DNA of 27,938 bases, taken from positions 1 through 27,938 of the IMG/VR virus record IMGVR_UViG_3300005512_000260; one strand, written 5' to 3'. A program made the translations under genes and the position numbers. This document shows, in pieces, positions 8,778 through 16,960 of this stretch (position 1 is the stretch's first letter; the number at the start of each line of letters is the position of its first letter). The DNA is from a virus (taxonomy: Duplodnaviria > Caudoviricetes). The notes under the pieces are model-generated. The model was not told where the DNA came from. It was given only the letters and a program-made list of their open reading frames with translations, and did no database searches.

Positions 8778-8807
8778 AACCTACTTCATGCTATGAACTC
8801 TGTGCAA
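8778..8807 (-). promoter_or_regulatory. Putative sigma70 promoter
   Basis: TTGCAC-N18-TAGGTT with an A-rich upstream tract; TTCAT-AGC-ATGAA palindrome in the spacer. Confidence 0.5.
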
Positions 8808-8876
8808 CTCTTTTTTTAGGATTTTCCCCAAGGGGTTGTGGTCTCCCCTCGGAGAATCCTCAACAGGTTGTGTCGC

Positions 8877-9512
8877 CTACTCCTCGAAATCAGGCTTTCC
8901 CGTGAACATCGGAGCCAGAATATCAGCATACGATCCGGAGAACATGGCCGGCTTGTGGTCCCACGGCACAACGTGGAACTCCATATCGACCTCTTCATCG
9001 AGGACCGCGCTGATATCGTCGTCGAAATCGTTACGCCGCTTGATGGCGTCGGCATACTCGCCCTTGAGATCGTTCAGCAACCCGTCGAAGTCCTCTTTCA
9101 GAGCGGGCTGGATCTTGTACGCCGACGTGCCATTGTCGTCTTGGCGCATGACCGGCTGGCCGTGTTCATCGCGCACGCAGTGAGATTCGCATGCGGCGAT
9201 GCGCTGTTTGTCGTATGCTTCGAGTTCCGGATCCTCGTACTCGGACTGCATCGCCATCTGGCGATCATAGGTGCGCTGGGCTTCGGCTCGGGCGCGATTG
9301 TAGTTTTTGCCGGCAGCGTACTGGAATTTGGCGATGCGGTCCTTCGTGGCGCGAATGGCCTCGGCTTCGGTCTCGAACTCCCCGCCTGATTGAACCGTGT
9401 TGGACTTGGCGATGACGAGGTCCAGCTCGGTGATGTTGGACACTGCGGCTTTGCCCAGGGCGTCCTGCAGTTCGGTAAGGTCTTTGCGGGTGATGGTTAC
9501 GGTGGTGCTCAT
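8877..9512 (-). CDS. Coiled-coil hypothetical phage protein (DUF1617-like)
   Basis: Pattern YAAGKN...RDEHGQP...YKI...LDEEVD; ATGA overlap with the portal stop. Confidence 0.6.
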   Translation of the reverse strand: MSTTVTITRKDLTELQDALGKAAVSNITELDLVIAKSNTVQSGGEFETEAEAIRATKDRIAKFQYAAGKNYNRARAEAQRTYDRQMAMQSEYEDPELEAYDKQRIAACESHCVRDEHGQPVMRQDDNGTSAYKIQPALKEDFDGLLNDLKGEYADAIKRRNDFDDDISAVLDEEVDMEFHVVPWDHKPAMFSGSYADILAPMFTGKPDFEE

Positions 9513-11503
9513 TGGCTTTCCTTTTTGGGTTTGGCCTTCGCTGCGGCCGCTTGCTGTTGTTTCGCCCGGGCGTCATTTACGACCTTGGCTCGTTCGATTT
9601 TGAGTTTCTCTTCGTCCAGTGCCATGTCGTGAGCGTTCTTCTCGATGTCGCTCGCGTTCTTCTGGTTCTCGATCTGCTGGCCTTCAATGGCGAGAGCCTG
9701 CGCCTGCTGGGCGGCCTGAACCTCAGGACTGTTCGCCTGCGCTTCAGCTTCTGCCTGCTTCTGCTCGTCGGACTTGAGGAGTTGATCTGGCTCGATATCC
9801 ATGGCCTTGGCGATCTCCTCAATCATCCAACGGAGGTTGACCTCTGCCAGGATATCCGGGCGATCGATGATGAGGCCGAAGAGTTGCAGTAGCTTCTGGA
9901 GTCGAATGTACTGGTTCTCGAAGCTGCTGAACCCGAGAGCCTTGACGCGGAACACGCCCTTCTCAACTGGCAGGTCCGGATCCATCATGTTGTAGCGGTA
10001 GAAGTCGGTGATGATCGTCTCGATGAACTTGTCCATCCGCTTGATGATCTCGGCCATGTACTTGCCGGAACGTTCGAGACGCTGCTGGAGCTCAAATGCT
10101 GTCTGAGGGTTGACCGACTGCTGGCCCTGCTCTGCCCGCGGGATCGAACTCGACATGTCGGCGAACTCAAGGAACAGGGTGATCAGTTCGGACAGGGGCC
10201 CGATCATGCTGTCGATCTTCAGTTGCTCAACGGCCTCGCGCACTCCGCGCTGGCTTTCCTCGTCGATCGTGAGTGTGACGATGGCCTTGTCGCCGCCGAC
10301 TTCCTTCTCGAAATTCTCGATCATCATGGCGCGTTTCAAGGCAATGATGAGCTTCGAGGCCATCTTCATGTTGTCCTCAAGCGTGCGGACTGCGCCATTC
10401 AACACTTTCATCACACTGTACAGATTGTCGGCAATCGACCGGCCACAGTTGCCGTCCAGCACCTCTTCCCAGTCGCCCATGTAGAACGGACGTTCGCGGG
10501 GATCATCGGTGCGGAGGTAGGCGATGACCTCGTCGTTGGCCATCATGGCAAAGATCTCAATCATGTCCCCGTCAGCGATCTCCTCGTCATCCTTGTAGCG
10601 GGACTCGGGACGCTGGATATCCTCATGATCCTCCAGCATCGCCTCAAAGGATTCGACCTTCGACCGGGGAACACGTCCCCAGAACTCGATGATGTGGATG
10701 TTGCGGGATCGGTTCTTGATGTCACGAAGCTTGGTGGGGAGGGCGCTGGTGTCGTCGGTGATCTGGGTGTCGCCCTGCCGGCGGTTGGAGTTCTTGATGG
10801 CTCGGTCAATGAACACGTCGAGATAGAGCGGCTCGCCTTTCTTCTCGCGCAGGTCGAACGGGCTGATGTGATCGATCTGGATTACGGCCTCGCCTTCGGT
10901 AAGGTCGTCCTTCTCCATGTCCCAGAACATATTGAACACGCTGATGTTCTCAACGCCCATCGTGGTCTCGTCGCCCTGGACCTCAACGAATACGTTCTCG
11001 TCGACCGGCTCGAACCCGTCGTTGATCATCTTGGTGGTGTAACGCTTGGCGAAATACCGACCGTAGGTGGCGCCTGATAGCACGCATTTGCCGAATTCAG
11101 TAACGGCATCGCAGTTCTGCAATTGCCGACCGATATATTTCTCGTTTTGCTCGACTATCGGATCGGCGCCACCCTCAGTCGGTTGATTGGGTTCTTCGGG
11201 ATGGACCAACATGAAGTTGACCTTGGATCCCTTGAAAGCTGTGTCGGAGATGATCGCCTTGGCCGCGGTGACCTTCTGGCGAACGGTGTCGAACATGGTG
11301 TCGGACTGCCATTCCTCAGCACGCTCGGACTTCTTCCATGTCCCGTGCTCGTCGAACTCGAGATTGACTTCTGTCGCTGCTCGGTTCCGTTGCCACCGCG
11401 TCTCAAGCTCGTTGCGGTTCTCTTTGTAGTTCTTGAAAACCACGCCCCGGATATAGGCTCCGAGGTCGTTTGTCTCTGAGGATGTGGTGGTGGAGTCTGC
11501 CAT
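9509..11503 (-). CDS. Portal protein (podovirus type)
   Basis: 664 aa; IIEFWG, RPFY..WE....GRSIAD, LNGAVR.LEDN, TAFELQQ motifs; Gln/Ala-rich barrel-like C-terminus; located between terminase and capsid genes. Confidence 0.88.
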   Translation of the reverse strand: MADSTTTSSETNDLGAYIRGVVFKNYKENRNELETRWQRNRAATEVNLEFDEHGTWKKSERAEEWQSDTMFDTVRQKVTAAKAIISDTAFKGSKVNFMLVHPEEPNQPTEGGADPIVEQNEKYIGRQLQNCDAVTEFGKCVLSGATYGRYFAKRYTTKMINDGFEPVDENVFVEVQGDETTMGVENISVFNMFWDMEKDDLTEGEAVIQIDHISPFDLREKKGEPLYLDVFIDRAIKNSNRRQGDTQITDDTSALPTKLRDIKNRSRNIHIIEFWGRVPRSKVESFEAMLEDHEDIQRPESRYKDDEEIADGDMIEIFAMMANDEVIAYLRTDDPRERPFYMGDWEEVLDGNCGRSIADNLYSVMKVLNGAVRTLEDNMKMASKLIIALKRAMMIENFEKEVGGDKAIVTLTIDEESQRGVREAVEQLKIDSMIGPLSELITLFLEFADMSSSIPRAEQGQQSVNPQTAFELQQRLERSGKYMAEIIKRMDKFIETIITDFYRYNMMDPDLPVEKGVFRVKALGFSSFENQYIRLQKLLQLFGLIIDRPDILAEVNLRWMIEEIAKAMDIEPDQLLKSDEQKQAEAEAQANSPEVQAAQQAQALAIEGQQIENQKNASDIEKNAHDMALDEEKLKIERAKVVNDARAKQQQAAAAKAKPKKESQ

Positions 11504-11506
11504 GGG

Positions 11507-11824
11507 TTAGTCCTCGTCAAAGGCTTCGTCGAGTTGCTTGTCCTGGTCGAAGTCGGCCTTGATGATCTGAAGCTGAACGCTGGACTGCTCCCAATGGTCT
11601 TCAGATGTTTCCTTGTCGACCTTTTTGACGACCTTGACCCTGACGACGGCGTTCATTCCGAACTCCTGGCCAGATTTGGCGTCGATCATATCAGGGAACT
11701 TCTCGAGGGTCTTGCCCTCAAGCGTTATCGAAAGTTGGTGGGGGTACTGAGCCTGATCCATGGAGATAGGCTTGGGTTCGGAGTCTGTCTTCTTCGGCTT
11801 CGGGAGCTTCAGGTCTTTCAACAT
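11507..11824 (-). CDS. Capsid staple-like protein (105 aa)
   Basis: YPxxLSITLEGKTLEK...SVQLQI pattern; start reassigned to ATG 11824 after an AAGGA RBS. Confidence 0.6.
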   Translation of the reverse strand: MLKDLKLPKPKKTDSEPKPISMDQAQYPHQLSITLEGKTLEKFPDMIDAKSGQEFGMNAVVRVKVVKKVDKETSEDHWEQSSVQLQIIKADFDQDKQLDEAFDED

Positions 11825-11843
11825 CGTGGTCCTTTCGATGGGT

Positions 11844-11880
11844 GCCCCCTGCTGGCAGGAGAGAGCTACCAGCAGGAGGC
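11844..11880 (-). promoter_or_regulatory. 15-bp leader hairpin upstream of the staple/portal genes
   Basis: GCCTCCTGCTGGTAG-7 nt-CTGCCAGCAGGGGGC. Confidence 0.5.
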
Positions 11881-11954
11881 GGGGGGCTTGGCGCATGGTC
11901 TACTTGAACATGACGAACTCCGATTACTTGGGTACTACCCGTAGTCTGAGTTCT

Positions 11955-11984
11955 CTTATACACGCACTACGGGTGGTGGGTCAA
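11955..11984 (-). promoter_or_regulatory. Putative sigma70 promoter for the portal operon
   Basis: TTGACC-N18-TATAAG immediately after the tmRNA terminator. Confidence 0.55.
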
Positions 11985-11997
11985 GGGGGATGTGAAC

Positions 11998-12028
11998 AAA
12001 AAAGAACCGCCCCGAAGGACGGCTCTTA
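11998..12028 (-). terminator. Intrinsic terminator after tmRNA
   Basis: GAGCCGTCC-TTCG-GGGCGGTTC followed by T6. Confidence 0.9.
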
Positions 12029-12034
12029 TCGTGA

Positions 12035-12429
12035 TGGTGGACCTGGCGGGGGTCGAACCCGCGTCCGCAAACGGTTCCATCAATCACTCTACGTGCGTAG
12101 GTCCGTGAAGTGGACCAATCAAGGGGCGACTGGCGATCCCGGTAAGGATCTCGTGACAGTCGCGACTCCACCATCCAGACTGTTTAACCTATTGACACCG
12201 CTGGAACGTGTCGCCGCTATACCCGAGCGGTCTACGAGGATCTCCCTGCGTGGCGTTTAAGGCTTTTGGTACTCCCAAGGATAGCTTCCCTCAGCCCGAT
12301 CAGCGTATCTACGCTGCGATATCAAGTGCTTCAGCATTTGAATTGTGAATCGGCTTGTTAACGAGGCCAACCGATCAACCCCGGCACGCATGACTGCTTC
12401 CACGTCTCCGTCGAAACCAAGTCAGGCCC
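12035..12429 (-). ncRNA. ssrA: tmRNA (one-piece, 395 nt); tag (A)AEALDIAA
   Basis: 5' GGGCCTGACTTGGTTTCGAC and 3' GACGCGGGTTCGACCCCCGCCAGGTCCACCA form the acceptor stem with G3.U70; pk1-like region followed by tag frame GCT GAA GCA CTT GAT ATC GCA GCG TAG (12335-12309). Confidence 0.93.
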
Positions 12430-12449
12430 ATAGATTCAAAGATCAGAGG

Positions 12450-12519
12450 CTCGGGGCGTTGGACTCGAACCAACATCTAAGCCGCGCCAGCCTGCTCTGA
12501 CCAATTGAGCTAACCCCGA
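12450..12519 (-). ncRNA. tRNA-like element with a 3-nt anticodon loop (pseudo-tRNA or tRNA mimic)
   Basis: TCGGGGT TA GCTC AATTGGTCA GAGC A GGCTG GCG CGGCT TAGAT GTTGG TTCGAGT CCAAC GCCCCGA G; acceptor, D and T arms intact; followed by CCT rather than CCA. Confidence 0.8.
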
Positions 12520-12596
12520 GTTGCACGAGCGCCATGACTGACGTTAGGCGTGAGCCAAATTGCAGGACCCCGTGCGTGAGTCATCATTCAAGCAGA

Positions 12597-12797
12597 TCAG
12601 CCGCCGGGTGTCAACTTCGCCCTGACTGCTGCGTCCTTCGCTTCAAGAAGCTTTCGCAGCGCAACAGTGCGTTCGGGCCCAGGCTCAACCGTCTCCACCA
12701 AGGCAAACGCCAGATCCCCGAACGGGGCCGACACTTCCTGTAGGTGCGGCGGCAGGTGGCCGTACTCAAACCATTTCAACATTCTGTCCGGTTCCAT
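12597..12797 (-). CDS. Small helical-hairpin protein, possibly Acb2/Tad1-hairpin-like
   Basis: Widespread phage family pattern F.Y.HLP.HLQ.VS.PF..LA...PERTVALRKLLEAKDAAVRA; strong RBS. The functional link is inference. Confidence 0.55.
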   Translation of the reverse strand: MEPDRMLKWFEYGHLPPHLQEVSAPFGDLAFALVETVEPGPERTVALRKLLEAKDAAVRAKLTPGG

Positions 12798-12815
12798 CGT
12801 CTCCTCCTCTTTGGG

Positions 12816-13445
12816 TTAATCGTACTCTTCGTTTCCTCTTCGCCACCGAAATTGATCCATCCCCGCCACGCAGGCCATCATTGCTTGCCTCGCCGGATAG
12901 AAAAGAGCGCGGTTCGTTTGGTAGGCTCGCTGCTGCGTGATGAAACCACCGTCCTTGTTGACTCGAAGTTTCCCCTCCATCGCCATCATCGATACCAGGT
13001 GCGATACGTCTGCTTCCTCATCCCAGATTGTTTCTGGCAGCACCGGCTTCGGCTTCACCATCGCGCTGCGCCTGATGTCCCGCATGTACCGCCCGTAGGT
13101 GGCCGAGGAGTCGCGCCAGTAGAACTTGCTGCAGAAGTATTGCGACCAGCACTTATTCAGCCATGGCGCCAGCCCGCGGTACTTGATCTTCCCCGTCGAG
13201 TCGATGATGTGGTCGATGCAGGTGAAGGGAGTCTCCTCGAACATCGTGGCCACACCGGTCCGCAGGTTGACACCCAGGATGAGAGCGTAGCCCTCGATGC
13301 GCTCCTGGTTGCCTTCGATGATGAGTGTGGGCCAGCAGAGCCCCCCACGCATGAGGTACTCGGCCGAGTTCTGGTCCTTGAAGTGGAGCGTGGTCGTGTC
13401 GCGCTTCTGGTGGTACGTGCTTGCTTCAGGTTTCTCGATGGGCAT
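12816..13445 (-). CDS. Hypothetical phage protein (GGLCWP motif)
   Basis: ORF track frame; GGAGG precedes ATG 13445. Confidence 0.7.
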   Translation of the reverse strand: MPIEKPEASTYHQKRDTTTLHFKDQNSAEYLMRGGLCWPTLIIEGNQERIEGYALILGVNLRTGVATMFEETPFTCIDHIIDSTGKIKYRGLAPWLNKCWSQYFCSKFYWRDSSATYGRYMRDIRRSAMVKPKPVLPETIWDEEADVSHLVSMMAMEGKLRVNKDGGFITQQRAYQTNRALFYPARQAMMACVAGMDQFRWRRGNEEYD

Positions 13446-13614
13446 CAGTCGCCTCCGCATGTAGGTCCATCTTGATCATATCCAGCACGCCGATGGTCTC
13501 TGCGTAGCTGAGGTCTGCCTCCTGCCGCCAGTAGTTGATGCGGGCGGTGAGATCCTCGAATAGCACTTGGACGCTTGGGGTGTCTGGCATCACCATCTCC
13601 TCGTTCGCATCCAC
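13426..13614 (-). CDS. Small hypothetical phage protein
   Basis: Common motif YWRQEADLSYAETIGVLDMIK.DL; start may instead be ATG 13590. Confidence 0.65.
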   Translation of the reverse strand: MDANEEMVMPDTPSVQVLFEDLTARINYWRQEADLSYAETIGVLDMIKMDLHAEATDAHRET

Positions 13615-14060
13615 TTGTCATAGGCCATCGGTGGCGTTGGGCTGTCGGACTCATCGTCGAAGGCAGCATCTAAGGACTCATTCACTGCCATCATGATCTC
13701 GCGCTCTTTGCGGGGGTGGCATACGAGAGACTTCTTGTGCCCGTTCCAATACCCGCCGCTCTCGAATATCCCAACGTCGTCCCGGGGTACCTCATAGCGG
13801 TGTCCAGGTATTTTGAGCCACTTCTTCCGGTGACGCTTGCGCCGGCACGATGTCCACCCATGAGGCACGGTCATGTGATGCACCCATGCGTATGATGCGT
13901 ACACCAGCGTTCCGTCAGGCAGGCTCCCTGGGAAGCACATGCTCATCTTCTGGGTGAGTTCCGCTCGCTCCTCGGCGGTGGGCCGACTGTTGCCACAGGC
14001 CAGCGCGAGCTGCTCCCCGATGTCGTACTCTACCGACCCATCTCCTCTCACGTATGCCAT
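13590..14060 (-). CDS. Hypothetical protein
   Basis: GGAGAG RBS; basic RRKRHRKKW patch and HP motif. Confidence 0.7.
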   Translation of the reverse strand: MAYVRGDGSVEYDIGEQLALACGNSRPTAEERAELTQKMSMCFPGSLPDGTLVYASYAWVHHMTVPHGWTSCRRKRHRKKWLKIPGHRYEVPRDDVGIFESGGYWNGHKKSLVCHPRKEREIMMAVNESLDAAFDDESDSPTPPMAYDKWMRTRRW

Positions 14061-14069
14061 TGTTCTCTC

Positions 14070-14246
14070 CTAGTTGGGGCTCACGGCCATAGCCTTGGTC
14101 TGGGTGTCGAGCGTGACGCGAAGCTGGCGGTTAGTCTCCTCAGCGTCGTGCATCAGCAGCAAGATGTTGGATAGGGTGTCGGTGCGCGTCGGCTCTGGGA
14201 GCGCGAGCACCTTGCCGGCGGTTTCGGTTGCTTCCGTCTTGGTCAT
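14070..14246 (-). CDS. Small hypothetical protein
   Basis: GGAG RBS and ATGA overlap with the upstream gene. Confidence 0.6.
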   Translation of the reverse strand: MTKTEATETAGKVLALPEPTRTDTLSNILLLMHDAEETNRQLRVTLDTQTKAMAVSPN

Positions 14247-14947
14247 CGCGGGCACTCCCTCCAGTACCTGCCTGGATCTGTGTGCATGAGATTTATCTCT
14301 TCCATTGTCGCGTCAAGTGACGGGCACTCCTCCTCGAACGCCCCGTCGAGATCCTTGTCGCCCAGAGCGAGGCACTCCTGAAGCTGCTCCCAGGTTGTGA
14401 CGTCCCACGGTGGAATGTTCTTGCCGTCGGTGGTCTGAACTCTCATGCCGTTGATGGCAATACATGGGTCATGAACGGAACCCTCGGTGTAAAGTTCGAC
14501 GTCCCAAGTATGAAACGGAACATCCACCAACCAATGACGAGGCAACCACTCTGGATGGTTCTCAAAGTCACAAGACGTCTCATCTGCCTCAACCACGCCA
14601 GAACACACCCAACAGCGCTTGACTCGCTCCTCGGGTGCGTCGAACTCCTGCGGGGGGATGGCGCACTCATCGGGAAGCGGAATCGGCTCGTCGGACCACT
14701 GATCGCTCGGGGTGTGCCCATAGACATAGATGGATGACCGGCGGTGTACGTGCGCGAAGTGCGCCTTGATGATCTTGTCGCCGACGTCCTCAGCCGGGTG
14801 GAACTCGACAACCATCGGTGTGCCGTCGGTGCCGTTTCTAAACCAATACAACCCGCTCTCGATTGGAACCTTGTCAGTCCATTTCATATTCTCTCTCTCC
14901 TCGTTGGGATCTACGGGAACGATACGCTCAGGGCGCTCGTCGGTCAA
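14243..14947 (-). CDS. Hypothetical mosaic protein
   Basis: WTDKVP.ESGLYWF module and a CxxC; start uncertain. Confidence 0.65.
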   Translation of the reverse strand: MTDERPERIVPVDPNEERENMKWTDKVPIESGLYWFRNGTDGTPMVVEFHPAEDVGDKIIKAHFAHVHRRSSIYVYGHTPSDQWSDEPIPLPDECAIPPQEFDAPEERVKRCWVCSGVVEADETSCDFENHPEWLPRHWLVDVPFHTWDVELYTEGSVHDPCIAINGMRVQTTDGKNIPPWDVTTWEQLQECLALGDKDLDGAFEEECPSLDATMEEINLMHTDPGRYWRECPR

Positions 14948-14966
14948 GAGTCTTTACACGCCGTCG

Positions 14967-16505
14967 TCAAACCAAAGCGTTGTCCCATATGTCCGCCTGC
15001 GAGGGTAACGATGCGGTGTCGGCAAGCTCACCTATGTGCTTGTCAACGAGAGACTCCTTTGCCACTGCGAAGTACCGGAAGGATGATGATGGATGCTCGG
15101 CCGCATCGTGGCGAGGCTTGTTCTTGTAACATCCCCGCTTCTCGTCCCATTCCTTCCTGTACGAACTTAGCCCATTGATCCCGTCTGAGCACGTTGCCTC
15201 GTTGAATGTACAGTGCTTGAATACCCGTCTGACGGCATCAATTCCATCCGCGATGGGGAGCTTCGGCGCTGTCTGGAAATGGATACCGTATTTCGTCGCG
15301 GCCGTCTCGATTCTCGACACCCCTGTAGTCCATGATCGCACAGCAATATCGTGCGGCGCCCAGTACTCGTCATACTCATAGCCCTTTTCTTTCATGTAGT
15401 CGAAGTAGTGGCCCATGCCCTCGCCTGATGCGATATAGCAGTCGATGAACCTGAACTCCCCGGGAAGCTCCTGCCACATCCAAAGGGCCGTGTCGTCAGC
15501 AACCCCGATATCGAAAACGCTATGGACTGGCACCCCGGGAACGTACGGGTAATCCCCGATGCGCCCATCTTTCCGAGCCTGACTGATTTGCTTCTCGTAG
15601 TAGGCACCTTCGATCACGGTCTGGAAGCACTCGTCGAGGTCTGCGGGAAACTCTTGGAACATGTACGACCCCTGGTTCTCCTTCATGGTGACGTACCATG
15701 CCTTCTGCTCAGGGGAGAGCGTTACCCCGAGCCGATCCTCAATCTTTGCGAAGTATTTCTCATCTACGTCCGTGATGACTACGTACTTGGTGTCTCCGGG
15801 AGGGAGTCGGCAATCTGGATCTGTTGTCCACCCAGAGAAAATGATTTTGAAGTCTAGCTTCGTGAGTGGTCGCCCAGACTCCTCCTTGGTCTTGGCTTTC
15901 ATGCAAAGGTCGTAATACGCACCATACGCTCCCTCGCTGGTGGACTCTATAATCACCCTACCGTCCGAGGGTACGGCCGGGAGCGTTCCTGTGATGATCT
16001 CCCGGGCCCTCTGTGGGTATGATGCTGCTATCTTGCCCATCTCGCTGCAGTGCAGGAAATTCAGGGTCGCAGAACGGAATGACTGAGCCACCGTGATGCT
16101 GCTTCCGTTCCTGAACGACACAAAGCCGCCGGCATCTTGGCGCCTGGTGGTGGGGTTGCCCCTGAGTAGTGACGGGGGCATGCGGTCCAGAACATACAAG
16201 ATCTTGTCGATGTAGATCCGCTCGGCATCAGCCGCTGTGTGGGCGAGAAAGCCCGCCTTTTTGTCTCGATTGAAGAATGCGTAATCAAGCCCAGCGATGG
16301 CGAAGAAGGTCGTGAATCCTTTCTGCCGGCTCTTGGGGACGATGGTCCTCCACCACAGCGACTTGAACGCGGTCTTCTGCGCGTCGTTCATCCGGAACTT
16401 GACGCAGTTACCCTTCTTGTCGATACAGTGGTAGAGATTTTGCAGCCTCCAATACACGTCCCCGAGCTGGTCGACAACCTTAATGTTCGACATGGACACC
16501 GGCAA
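14967..16505 (-). CDS. terL: Terminase large subunit
   Basis: KSRQKGFTT Walker A, LHCSE Walker B, IIEST coupling motif, FQEFP, nuclease FDIGVADDT and APHD motifs. Confidence 0.95.
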   Translation of the reverse strand: MPVSMSNIKVVDQLGDVYWRLQNLYHCIDKKGNCVKFRMNDAQKTAFKSLWWRTIVPKSRQKGFTTFFAIAGLDYAFFNRDKKAGFLAHTAADAERIYIDKILYVLDRMPPSLLRGNPTTRRQDAGGFVSFRNGSSITVAQSFRSATLNFLHCSEMGKIAASYPQRAREIITGTLPAVPSDGRVIIESTSEGAYGAYYDLCMKAKTKEESGRPLTKLDFKIIFSGWTTDPDCRLPPGDTKYVVITDVDEKYFAKIEDRLGVTLSPEQKAWYVTMKENQGSYMFQEFPADLDECFQTVIEGAYYEKQISQARKDGRIGDYPYVPGVPVHSVFDIGVADDTALWMWQELPGEFRFIDCYIASGEGMGHYFDYMKEKGYEYDEYWAPHDIAVRSWTTGVSRIETAATKYGIHFQTAPKLPIADGIDAVRRVFKHCTFNEATCSDGINGLSSYRKEWDEKRGCYKNKPRHDAAEHPSSSFRYFAVAKESLVDKHIGELADTASLPSQADIWDNALV

Positions 16506-16508
16506 CGG

Positions 16509-16808
16509 TCACCCCCAGGTTCCGTCTTTGAAGGCCCAGAAGCAGGTGCATGTCCACGCGACGGCCAAGAGGGCCCAGACGATGGCGGCGATGATGATGA
16601 GGATCTTGGAGGGGGTACAGACCTCGTGGTCGTCGGTCGCAACGGACTTGGGGTGGCGACCCTCCTGCCAGTTCGGCTCCTGGTCCATCCCACTGAGGTC
16701 GCTGAACTCGTGATGCCGGTACTCCCCACACCTGCACCGCTGCTCTGTCGCGATGCACCACGGGTTCAGGCGGGTGTCTTTCCATATGTGGCGGTGGAGT
16801 AGGGTCAT
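16509..16808 (-). CDS. Hypothetical membrane protein with Cys/His motif
   Basis: ATGA overlap at 16805-16808; C-terminal hydrophobic helix. Confidence 0.6.
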   Translation of the reverse strand: MTLLHRHIWKDTRLNPWCIATEQRCRCGEYRHHEFSDLSGMDQEPNWQEGRHPKSVATDDHEVCTPSKILIIIAAIVWALLAVAWTCTCFWAFKDGTWG

Positions 16809-16960
16809 ACGCCCCCCGCACCGTTCATCATCAGATAGCCACACCCTATGGCCAGAGTAGCAATCAGTGCAGCCAAGAACGGGAGCCAGTCCTTTGTGAA
16901 CGCGCTGCCTGTCGCCGCCGAGAACCAGATTGACACGAGAACAAAGGCAAGTGGGCTCAT
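16805..16960 (-). CDS. Small two-TM protein (51 aa)
   Basis: Manual translation MSPLAFVLVSIWFS...; GGAGG RBS; ATGA overlaps at both ends. Confidence 0.6.
   Translation of the reverse strand: MSPLAFVLVSIWFSAATGSAFTKDWLPFLAALIATLAIGCGYLMMNGAGGV

Noticed and set aside
12035-12080. tmRNA 3' end as a prophage attachment site
   Set aside because: Phage genes lie on both sides, there is no integrase and no duplicate 3' fragment in the window.
11956-12260. Short ORFs over the tmRNA
   Set aside because: Overlap the RNA gene and its terminator; no coding features.
12520-12590. Known self-cleaving ribozyme beside the tRNA-like element
   Set aside because: Catalytic core consensus for hammerhead, twister and HDV-like classes not found by eye.
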